Positions 23,275 to 32,201 of a stretch of 64,000 nt of DNA are shown piece by piece. The DNA comes from Craspedostauros australis (lineage: Eukaryota): NCBI GenBank assembly GCA_030167865.1, contig JALAGF010001637.1, positions 1 through 64,000 of the forward strand, given 5' to 3'. Each line of letters begins with the position of its first letter. Position 1 is the stretch's first letter. The notes under the pieces are model-generated. The model saw only the letters and a program-made list of their open reading frames with translations, had not been told where the DNA came from and made no database searches. A program made the position numbers and the translations under genes.

Positions 23275-25416
23275 TTACACTACCCACCAGAACATGTTGA
23301 GCGATCCAATTGCTTCTGATGTTTCGAATGTCTCCGACATGGTTTCCTCTGCGAGAACAGCTTCCGTCAGGACGTCATCCTCCGTCATGAAGGTCTCGTC
23401 CTGTTGTTGACTCTGCTCGAGGACGTCACGGACAAACATCATGTCCGGCTCGAAGGATCGTTCCTGCATCTTCTCCTCCACTGCCGCGGCAACGATCGCC
23501 GGCAGTTCATCTTCCATGGCCCTGATGGCCATATTCTTGTAGCACAGTGCACATGCCACGGAAGCGACGACGATCGCCGCGATCAGCATCGTGGCGAAGC
23601 GCCCGCTGAGGAAGTACCTTGGCTTCGAGACGCCATTGGCACCGTACTGCTGAACCACGGCCACAGACCCGTTGAGGTAGTAGTTGGCCTTGCGCACGTT
23701 GAGGTCCTTGATTCGGGATGCGCGCGTGAGGACGGTGTGCATCGTGAGCTCGGATGGTGTCCGTCCGCCCAAAGATCTGTAGTCGACTGATGCGACAGGC
23801 AACTTGGAGCGCCGTACGACTTGGCCGAGCTTGGAGCTTGTGGACGACAGGGGGCTTGCCGCGCGTGGGCTTGGGCTTGGGAGGAGTCCAAGGTCGGTGG
23901 ATAGAGTCCTCTCCACTGCGTCTCTGGTGGCGTCAAAGGCGACTTCAAGCGGCCTCTTGATGAGATTTCGCGAGGACAGGTTCATGGTGTGTTCAAATCT
24001 TCGCGCATTTCGGGATGTGCGCTTTTGGATGGCCGTTGTTCGCTTGGGTGTGGCATCATCCACTGGCTTGGTTGGTTCCTTGGCATTGGTAAGTCGTCGA
24101 AACACCTGCGGAGTTTGCTCATCAACCACGCCGACCTTGTCTGCAGTGCTGCTCTCCAGACCGATGGTTGTGTTGTCCTCTTCGTATGGTTCCTCTGCCT
24201 GCTCTTCGGGGGCATCGTTGAACGGAACGCTTGAGGAGTCATCCTCGGAGATGGATTCGAGGATCGTGGCGGTGAAGTCGGTCTCCTTGTTTGAGAGCAT
24301 CATGCTCTTCTGTTCCACTGCGGCCCGACCGCTGTCCTTCTCCTTTTCTGCGCCAGCAGCAGTAGTATGCTCGGGGCGAGCCATGCGGAAGGCATTCGAT
24401 TGTGGGTGGTCTTCGGTGAGGGCGGAGATGATCGACGCATCCTCGCAGGCTTCCTCCTCTTGTCGGTCTTCTTCGTCCTCGTCGCCCATTCCATCTGCTT
24501 CTGGTTCGCGACCGTCAAGCTGCGATGGTTGTTGTTTGCTTGCTTCCGTCGCGATTGCCTCGCTTGCATCAATCATGCTGCTTGCGTCGACCACGTAGCC
24601 TGTGCTGCCGTTCATGGATGTGTTGGATGGTGTTGTATCTTCAGCGTGCACGGGCTCCAGGAGAGAGACGGATGCGGCTGATTCTTCTTGATCAAGCATG
24701 TCGTCTTGAATGTCGACGGAGCTTATGTCAGCGAAGGGAGTTGTGTCTGTGCTGGTGTTGAGGTTGAGCATGCCGATCAGCGATTGGTATTTCAAGAGGG
24801 CGTCGCTTGCCACGAGCATGGTTCTCGCTGGACGACCGCTCGAGGCATTGTCGTCAAACACGGATCCTTCGATTTGGACTGGCTTCGAATCCGCATAGTG
24901 ATCCGCCTCGTCATCGCCGCACTTGGAGCTGTCGAAAGTTCTGCAGCTGGATACGAGGGAGACGTCGTCGAGGAATCTGTCATCCATGAGCGAGTCCATC
25001 ACGCCAGAGTCTTCGTACGCCTCCAGGCTGTTCTTCTGCTCTATGGTGCTGAGCAAGGCCGTGCCTGAGGATCGATCAGCAGCGAAATCGTCTGCGATGG
25101 ACATGGCGCTGCTGTTGAATGACATCGATTCTTCTTCGGTCTCCGTGATGGAGAAGGAGTCGTCCGTGACGATCGCTCCCTCGACGTCATCGAAGGGGAG
25201 GGCGCCTTCGCTGGTGGATGATGAATTGGAAGGTGATATCGACGCCGAGATGGTGTCGGCGCTCGGAACCGTCCCCACCTCATCGACGATGAGATGCTTC
25301 TGCCTGCGCTTCGTGAGGAAGATGCTGCGCACGCCTTTGCGGACTTTGGACAGGGCGGATCGTGGCTTCGCCTTCAGGCCACGCTTGCCGCGTGAGGATC
25401 TGTTGATTTGCTTCAT
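23275..25416 (-). CDS. Hypothetical acidic, Ser-rich protein with a C-proximal TM helix
   Basis: 713-aa ATG-initiated ORF; basic N-terminus; hydrophobic stretch FATMLIAAIVVASVACALCY. Confidence 0.7.
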   Translation of the reverse strand: MKQINRSSRGKRGLKAKPRSALSKVRKGVRSIFLTKRRQKHLIVDEVGTVPSADTISASISPSNSSSTSEGALPFDDVEGAIVTDDSFSITETEEESMSFNSSAMSIADDFAADRSSGTALLSTIEQKNSLEAYEDSGVMDSLMDDRFLDDVSLVSSCRTFDSSKCGDDEADHYADSKPVQIEGSVFDDNASSGRPARTMLVASDALLKYQSLIGMLNLNTSTDTTPFADISSVDIQDDMLDQEESAASVSLLEPVHAEDTTPSNTSMNGSTGYVVDASSMIDASEAIATEASKQQPSQLDGREPEADGMGDEDEEDRQEEEACEDASIISALTEDHPQSNAFRMARPEHTTAAGAEKEKDSGRAAVEQKSMMLSNKETDFTATILESISEDDSSSVPFNDAPEEQAEEPYEEDNTTIGLESSTADKVGVVDEQTPQVFRRLTNAKEPTKPVDDATPKRTTAIQKRTSRNARRFEHTMNLSSRNLIKRPLEVAFDATRDAVERTLSTDLGLLPSPSPRAASPLSSTSSKLGQVVRRSKLPVASVDYRSLGGRTPSELTMHTVLTRASRIKDLNVRKANYYLNGSVAVVQQYGANGVSKPRYFLSGRFATMLIAAIVVASVACALCYKNMAIRAMEDELPAIVAAAVEEKMQERSFEPDMMFVRDVLEQSQQQDETFMTEDDVLTEAVLAEETMSETFETSEAIGSLNMFWWVV

Positions 25417-26284
25417 GGTTGCTCTGCGCTAAGCACGACGTGTGTGTTGTCGGTGTTCGTGTTGATAGTGATAGTGATGTCTATAATGAGGACGAGGATG
25501 ATGATGTCGAGGATGAAGACCACAACAACAAAGACTCAGGAAGATCGCTGATGATTTGCTTTGAATTAGACGCTGCCCATCCAGCTCACTTGCCAGGTGA
25601 TGTCACATTCGAAGTTGCACTTGGATTCACTTCGTTCATTCACTTGCTTGGTTGACTTCACTTGACTTGCTTCGATTGGACGAGTACAGTCTTCATCACC
25701 ACAGCACTCGACTCTGCTCTATTGGTATTCTATTTGCTTTTGCTTGGAGATCTCTCTTGAAGCTTCGTTGCTCATGTGATGACATCGTGCGAGGCACGAT
25801 ACGATTGGGCGACAACAGAAATGGATCGATTTGCCAAATTGTGATGTGGTGGGCAACAGCGCCCTGCGCCAATCCAATCGGAACTATACCCAGGCATGAA
25901 TACTTTTATGATCAGCGTACCGAGCTCGTACGACATCTCAACCACAACATAACGACGCAATTCGAAAGATGTGCTCCACAAGCACATGAAAAACGATCGT
26001 GACACGAAATCGTGATGATCGACGATGACCGTTTCGGCGCACGTTTGAAAAGTGTCAACAACCAGTCGTCTGTCTGTTTGAAAATACAGAACCCAAATGG
26101 ATGTTTGTTCAAGTTGAAATCTGCGATCTGACTGACTGACTGTCAGTTTGACGATGGTCACCACTAATGGAAGCGTGTGTAGTAGTGCGTGCTCCAGTTC
26201 GCAGTGGATTGTGACACCGCGAGTACTCCATCGTACTATCCTACCAGAGCACTACTTTAATCGTATGCTGCTACGCACCATCAC

Positions 26285-27799
26285 TCACTCCTCTATGATT
26301 TCCTCCTCTATGATCTCCTCTTCATAGTAGTCCGACGCGTGATTCATGTGGCCGGAGACGTGACTGATGATGATGTCGCTGAGCAGCTGCTGCGTGCGTG
26401 GGTCGATCACCTCCCTCGTGTAGACCAGGACCGTCCCGCAAAGCTCCTCACCATCTCCCTGCAAAAACTCCACGACGTCGGACGTCTTCATGGGTATGAT
26501 CTCCTCGCTTTCCAGGAGGCTCCATTCATTGGGCTCGTCCTTGTCGCTGCTGTCGTCATCATCGTCGTTGTTCTCGCTCTTCGTGGTGCTGGCACCTGCC
26601 GACGACTTCTCCACAGTCTGAGTCTTGAGGATGGCAACAAAATCGTCCTCGTCACAAAGGATTCCACCGACGAGGTTGTACTTGAGCCCGTTTTTGAAAA
26701 TTGCTTTTTTGCACTCCGTCGTGGCGAATTTCGTCATGTCGAGCTGCACCGGTATCTGTATGCTCTCATTCAGCAATTTGGGTGCCTCGTCTTGTTTCTT
26801 GGGCGTCGCACCATCGCCATCAGCGGGTTCATTGTCAAATCGTTGAAGTGCCAGGAAGAGATGATCAGGCAAGGAATGGAAGGGCTGCGTTTTGGTTGCC
26901 TCCCACGCGTTTTCTGGCTTGGTCTTCCCTGATGCTGTGGTTGCCGTATCTGCCGTCGACTTGGCATCACTTTGGGTCTTCCCAGATACGATGCTGCTGG
27001 TTTGATCGCCATCGTCAGTTGCATTCGCCACAGACACGCTGCCATCACCATCTGCATCGGCATCATCGGACGAGGGTTTGGAGGATGATTGTGCATTCTT
27101 CCCTGACTTCGACGAGCTCCATCCAGCGGGCACCTTGACTTCAAAATCATAATTCTTGGGATCCCACCGCGGCACGACCTGCCTGCGCAACAGCAGCTTC
27201 TCCAACCCTTGCTGCACGCTGTCCATCTTCCCACGCAACGGCAACGGACACCACTGTATCATGGTCTCCTTCTTCGTCCGCTGCGTGATGAAGTCGTCAT
27301 CGCAATCAAAGCGCTTGCCGACGATGATGCATTTGGTGACGAGGCCCAGACCGCTGAGATCCAGCATGTTGCGCCACAGCGACGCGTACGACGCCGACGG
27401 CAAGGCCTGCGTGCAGGATTGAATGGTGAGCAGCAGGTATCGCACGGCGAAATTGGCGTTGTGGGGATTGCGGTGGTTGTTGGCAACGACGGCCTCCAGC
27501 GCTCTGTACAGGTCGGTGGGATCCACGGGAGGCGGATCGTCGTCGCCTGCTTGCGTGACGAGCGCCTGCAGCAGCTTGCCGAGCTGTATCAGAAATTGCC
27601 AGGATTCGGTCATCTTGTCCTTGGGTCCCGAGCGGAAGGTGAGGTAGAAATGGATGAGGGCCTTGCGCAATGCCACGCAGACGTGGGCCACCACCTGGCA
27701 GGCCGGAGCCCAGTGCGGGCAGAACCGATCCTTGCTGTCGGCCTTGGGTTCGACGGACAGGATGCCGCGCACGTGCGATTTAGATGGTTTGAGCGGCAT
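26285..27799 (-). CDS. Divergent ubiquitin-specific protease (C19)-fold protein, probably inactive
   Basis: USP-like boxes in the expected order: RGI...FCPHWAPACQVVAH...LR, FHSLPDHLFLALQRF, IQIPVQLDM, YNLVGGIL, WSLLESEEI, TVLVYTR. Confidence 0.6.
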   Translation of the reverse strand: MPLKPSKSHVRGILSVEPKADSKDRFCPHWAPACQVVAHVCVALRKALIHFYLTFRSGPKDKMTESWQFLIQLGKLLQALVTQAGDDDPPPVDPTDLYRALEAVVANNHRNPHNANFAVRYLLLTIQSCTQALPSASYASLWRNMLDLSGLGLVTKCIIVGKRFDCDDDFITQRTKKETMIQWCPLPLRGKMDSVQQGLEKLLLRRQVVPRWDPKNYDFEVKVPAGWSSSKSGKNAQSSSKPSSDDADADGDGSVSVANATDDGDQTSSIVSGKTQSDAKSTADTATTASGKTKPENAWEATKTQPFHSLPDHLFLALQRFDNEPADGDGATPKKQDEAPKLLNESIQIPVQLDMTKFATTECKKAIFKNGLKYNLVGGILCDEDDFVAILKTQTVEKSSAGASTTKSENNDDDDDSSDKDEPNEWSLLESEEIIPMKTSDVVEFLQGDGEELCGTVLVYTREVIDPRTQQLLSDIIISHVSGHMNHASDYYEEEIIEEEIIEE

Positions 27800-27909
27800 G
27801 GTTTAACGTCGTGTGGTGTGGTGTGGTGCGGCGCAATGAGTGTTTCTTCTGGGGCCCTGTGCTGCGTTTGGATCAAGGAAGGCTTGCGCTCCTTCCAAGC
27901 TATGATTGG

Positions 27910-27964
27910 TCTGTGGTATAATAGATCTGTGGTATTATAGATCTGTGGTATAATAGGTCTGTGG
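27910..27964. repeat. 16-bp tandem repeat (TCTGTGGTATAATAGA) x3.5
   Basis: Units start at 27910, 27926, 27942 and 27958 (partial). Confidence 0.88.
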
Positions 27965-28976
27965 CGGATACAATAGCCAATGCTGTGGTGTTGCAAAGAC
28001 GGCAAAGGCCAACGTTCTGATGCGATGCGAGATCTCTTGGAGATATGGCAGGGATGCTTGCAAGTGGATACACTCTTCTTAACGGAATGGAAGCTGGTTC
28101 TCGAGCGTACTCTGCGAGAAGAATCAACCCTTGCGGTAGCTTAGTGAGTGGCTTTGCTTCAGGGCAGCAGATGGAGTGTGGTGGAGTATGCGTAGACGAC
28201 TCTGCTCTCTGCTATGTCACAAGCATTGATGCCAAGCACGCAGCGTTGTTTTGTGCTGTTTTCGCCTGCCGACTCCACTACGACTATTTCTGCCATTGTC
28301 AACATGGCTGTTTTGCTGCTTTTGCGCGTACCTATTGCTGGTTGTTTCTCCAACACGGGCATTTTGGCGCGTTGCGAAGACAGAGTCATCGGAGTCGAAA
28401 ACAACATCCATGTTCGGCGCGGATCCGACAGAGTCGATTGTGTCGAATTCATGATTTGATCCGCGCGACCTGACTCAGATCATCCGAAGTTCTCATCACA
28501 TTTTCTTCCTCTTTTTCGCTTTTCTCGTTTTCGCTTCTCTCGCCGCCACCAACAACAACAACCAAGACAACATCGACAACATCGATGCCAACGCAACAAG
28601 ACAAGCATCACAACCCACTCCAACAATAACACGAGTACGAGCAGAGAGATCAGCAGCAGCCTCGGCAAGTACTGCAACAGACAATAAAATTCATCAACCG
28701 ATTCTGTGACGGTCAGTCATGCTCTCGGGATTGGTGTTGCACGCAACCCAGACAACGCTCTGCACATCAAGACTGGCATCCCCTCGCGCACGAGGACGTC
28801 GTCCAACTTCGACTTACACATTGACGTCAAGGAATCGAGCTGCTGGCAAGCATCTTCTGCTGCCATTCCTCTACCTTCTTTCCCTTATCCTCCTTGTCCT
28901 TCCAGCGCACTTCACACAGCTGTCAAACGATATCGCATTCCTGCTCGCACCAATCCAACCAGCAGCAGCCTTCACC

Positions 28977-31883
28977 ATGGCACGGCCAACAACAAGATCA
29001 AGAACGAGGTCCAAAGTCGCTGTTGCGTCCAAGCTCAATCAGGCTGCTGCGAACAACAACCGCAAGCCAGTCATCGAGGGACGCGTGGAGCTCTTCTTCA
29101 AAGACACGGAGGAGCTCAAGGAACGCGTCCAATGGCTGTCAGATCATGGCGTCAAGTCCTTCAATCTCGTCAACAAACATCAAAAGGACACAGTCGATCA
29201 ATGGGTCAAGACCATCCAACAGGTCATCCCCGACGCCGACATCTGCGCGCACTACTCCCTCAAGTACAACAAGGTGCCGCGCCGTGCCGCCGACGCCCAC
29301 ACGGCCAGATGGAACGAGTTTTGGAAGTCCACCACGGCGACGGAGGTCCTCATGATCACGGGAAGCGGCGGCAAGGACAGGATGTGGAATACCGCCAGCG
29401 TCGTGCAACAGTTCACTGCACGCAAAGGCCAGATTGCGAAACTGGCCGTCGCGTACAATCCCTACTTCCCGTATCCCAAGGATCGGTTGCAGGAGCTCAA
29501 CAAGCTGGAGATGAAGCTGACGTCGCGTTGTGTCGACAAGGTGTACTTGCAATTCGGCACGGACCTGGTGGCATTGAAGCAGGCGCTGGAGCTGCTGGCC
29601 TCAAAACAACGCCAAATGCAGCCAGGTCGATCTTTGGCGATAGCTGGTTCCATCTTTCTGCCAACAGCCAAACTCATCGCTCAGCAGAAGTTCCGCCCGT
29701 GGAATGGAGTCTTCCTGAGTCCCGATTTCCTCAGCGGGCCAGAGCACGCCACCCAGATCGTGGTGGAGATGCTGAAGCTTTACGAGCAATACGGTGTCGA
29801 AGTGCTGTGGGAGGCACCAGGAATTCGCAATGACAAGGACTTGGCCATGGCGCAGTCCCTCCAACGGCAGCTCTCGTCGAATGAGAGCAGCGCCGATTCA
29901 ATTTCAGTCTCAGCCAACCCGACTCTGCCACCGCTTGGCGGCGGTGCAAGTGATGGTGATGGCAACAGCAACGGCAGCGATAGCGACAGTGATGGCGACA
30001 GGGGATACGGTGCAGCAGACGAGACTGCCCCGGCCAAACGACCAAGGGTTGGTCAAGCACCCCTTGCATCCAACGCTGGACGCAACAACGCGAGACTAGC
30101 AAACGCTGCACGAATCAAATCCAAAAACATGGAGAAGGAGATTTCGATGGATGACGCCGTCCGGCAGAGTGACACAACATGCGTGCTACTGTTTGGAACT
30201 CACGACATTCGCTTGTACGACAACCGGGCCGTGCATGCCGCGGCATCTCGACACAAAACGGTCGTGCCGGTCTTCTTGTGGGACCCGCAAAGCACGCATG
30301 TTCTGGGCGCGTTGCAGGTGGTGGTGAAAGACGCGCTGCGGAGCCTTGAAGCAGCATTGCACCCATTCGGTTTGAAACTCGTCTGTCGCAATTGCAGCAA
30401 CAGCGAGACGGCGACGGCTGCAGATGAACTCGCGCAAATTGCAGAATCCGTCGGCGCCACGCACGTGTACTGGAACAAAGGACATTCCACGGAGACGAGA
30501 CAGGCCGAGCAGGAGCGCCGGCGAAGACTGACCGAGACGGGATTGGAGATACAGGAAACGCAGTCGTCGTTGCTTTTCGATCCCGACACCATCTCGTTGA
30601 GCAAGGGCTTTCACGGCGGGCACTGGGGGACGCTCATGCCCTTCATGAAGAACTGCCTCAAGACGCATGGCGAGCCACCAAAGCCAATCCCAAAGCACAA
30701 GACCTTTGGGAAGTTACAAGCCATTGTGGGGCCATCCATCTGGCCTCGCTCAGATGGAATTGATGGTCTTCTTATGGCCGTCATGCCACCAAAGACTGAT
30801 TGGAACAAGCCAATCCTGGATCGTTTCCCCATGAGCGAGGAATCGGCCAAGAAGACGCTGGAATCATTCTTCAAGAAAGGATTCCCCAAGTACGAAAAGG
30901 AACGAAGCAGAGCCGACAAGGAATGGGCAACCTCCAATCTATCCGTCCATCTCCGCGTGGGAACACTGTCACCGTACGAGCTGTACTGGAGAGTCAAGAG
31001 CACGACGCTTGCGTACGGAGAGATCAAGACGTTCTCTCGACGGCTAATTTGGAGAGACCTGGCCTACTTCCAGCTGCACTGCTTCCCCGACATGAGATAC
31101 GTGTCGATTCGAAAACATTACGAAAACACGCAGTGGGTGACAGGTGATGAGGAGCGCAGACGGCTGGAGGCATGGAAGTGGGGCAAGACGGGATTCCCCA
31201 TCGTCGATGCTGGAATGCGAGAGCTGTACGCGACTGGTTGGATGACGCAAAATGTCCGCATGGTGGTTGCGAGCTTCCTGGTGGAATTTCTTCGCGTGAA
31301 CTGGGTGAAAGGCTGCGAATGGTTCCACTACACGCTTGTCGATGCCGACGACGCGATCAATCCCATGATGTGGCAGAATGCCGGTCGCTCAGGAATCGAT
31401 CAATGGAACTTCATCTTGTCTCCCGAAACGGCGTCGCAGGATCCCACAGGCAAGTACACGAGACGATGGGTCCCCGAGCTGGCCAAACTGCCCACCAAAA
31501 ACCTCGTCCATCGACCATGGGAAGCTCCGAAGCAGGTCCTTGCAGAAGCGGGCGTCGTCCTTGGAGAGACTTACCCGCATCGGGTGATCACGGCCCTGAA
31601 GGCGGAACGAGCAAAGAGCGTTGCGGCTGTGCTTGCGATGCGTGGTCAGGCACAGGATGCGAACAGCGACCGGGGTTATGACATGGTGAAGCTCCCAAAT
31701 GGACAAAGCACTGTAGTGTTCACAAAGAAAGAGTATCGAATCGATGAATTTGGGAACTCATTGAGGGAGCCACCAAGAGGCGCTGGCGCCGGTGGTGTTG
31801 AGAGCGAAGCGGGCAGCAACGTTCGAAGCAAATCAGGTTCCAAGGCCAAGAAATCAGCAAAGGCGAGACGAGCACGGCGGTAA
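28977..31883 (+). CDS. Fusion: MTHFR-like FAD-linked oxidoreductase domain + cryptochrome/photolyase (PHR) domain, about 968 aa
   Basis: PHR motifs HDIRLYDNRAV, TSNLSVHLRVGTLSP, RRLIWRD, AWKWGKTGFPIVDAGMRELYATGWMTQNVRMVVASFL, WFHYTLVDAD, MMWQN, DPTGKYTRRWVPEL, GETYPHRV. The N-terminal domain has HYSLKY, LMITGSG, VAYNPYFP, KLEMKL, VYLQFG, GSIFLP. The PHR call is firm; the MTHFR-like call is less certain. Confidence 0.9.
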   Translation: MARPTTRSRTRSKVAVASKLNQAAANNNRKPVIEGRVELFFKDTEELKERVQWLSDHGVKSFNLVNKHQKDTVDQWVKTIQQVIPDADICAHYSLKYNKVPRRAADAHTARWNEFWKSTTATEVLMITGSGGKDRMWNTASVVQQFTARKGQIAKLAVAYNPYFPYPKDRLQELNKLEMKLTSRCVDKVYLQFGTDLVALKQALELLASKQRQMQPGRSLAIAGSIFLPTAKLIAQQKFRPWNGVFLSPDFLSGPEHATQIVVEMLKLYEQYGVEVLWEAPGIRNDKDLAMAQSLQRQLSSNESSADSISVSANPTLPPLGGGASDGDGNSNGSDSDSDGDRGYGAADETAPAKRPRVGQAPLASNAGRNNARLANAARIKSKNMEKEISMDDAVRQSDTTCVLLFGTHDIRLYDNRAVHAAASRHKTVVPVFLWDPQSTHVLGALQVVVKDALRSLEAALHPFGLKLVCRNCSNSETATAADELAQIAESVGATHVYWNKGHSTETRQAEQERRRRLTETGLEIQETQSSLLFDPDTISLSKGFHGGHWGTLMPFMKNCLKTHGEPPKPIPKHKTFGKLQAIVGPSIWPRSDGIDGLLMAVMPPKTDWNKPILDRFPMSEESAKKTLESFFKKGFPKYEKERSRADKEWATSNLSVHLRVGTLSPYELYWRVKSTTLAYGEIKTFSRRLIWRDLAYFQLHCFPDMRYVSIRKHYENTQWVTGDEERRRLEAWKWGKTGFPIVDAGMRELYATGWMTQNVRMVVASFLVEFLRVNWVKGCEWFHYTLVDADDAINPMMWQNAGRSGIDQWNFILSPETASQDPTGKYTRRWVPELAKLPTKNLVHRPWEAPKQVLAEAGVVLGETYPHRVITALKAERAKSVAAVLAMRGQAQDANSDRGYDMVKLPNGQSTVVFTKKEYRIDEFGNSLREPPRGAGAGGVESEAGSNVRSKSGSKAKKSAKARRARR

Positions 31884-32201
31884 GCCCTGGACATGACCAT
31901 GACGTGCTCTCGTTTGTACGGTTCCGTCTCGAACTGACAGCGCGTGCACCCCATGACCTTGTACCACTGTTGCTCTCCTGGAGTCGTCAACCACGGCCCT
32001 CGACGAATAGTATTAGTCTTTGTGCGGCATCGTTTACGAACGAATGTAGTGTAAAAATACTCGTATCGTCCAAGCGCAGTGACAGCATCTTCGAGAAGAA
32101 CAAGTGCCGAGAGTTACGAGTGTACTTGACAAAAGAGCTGTACGACTATAATTATTATTGATCGTCATACTCGTAGCTCGCAGCTCGTGTGCAAGAGTAT
32201 C

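Noticed and set aside
28719-28976. Hydrophobic N-terminal extension on the cryptochrome fusion ORF
   Set aside because: There is no in-frame ATG before 28977 in this stretch (the ORF track uses an alternative start), and the pyrimidine/CA-rich sequence resembles a 5' UTR.
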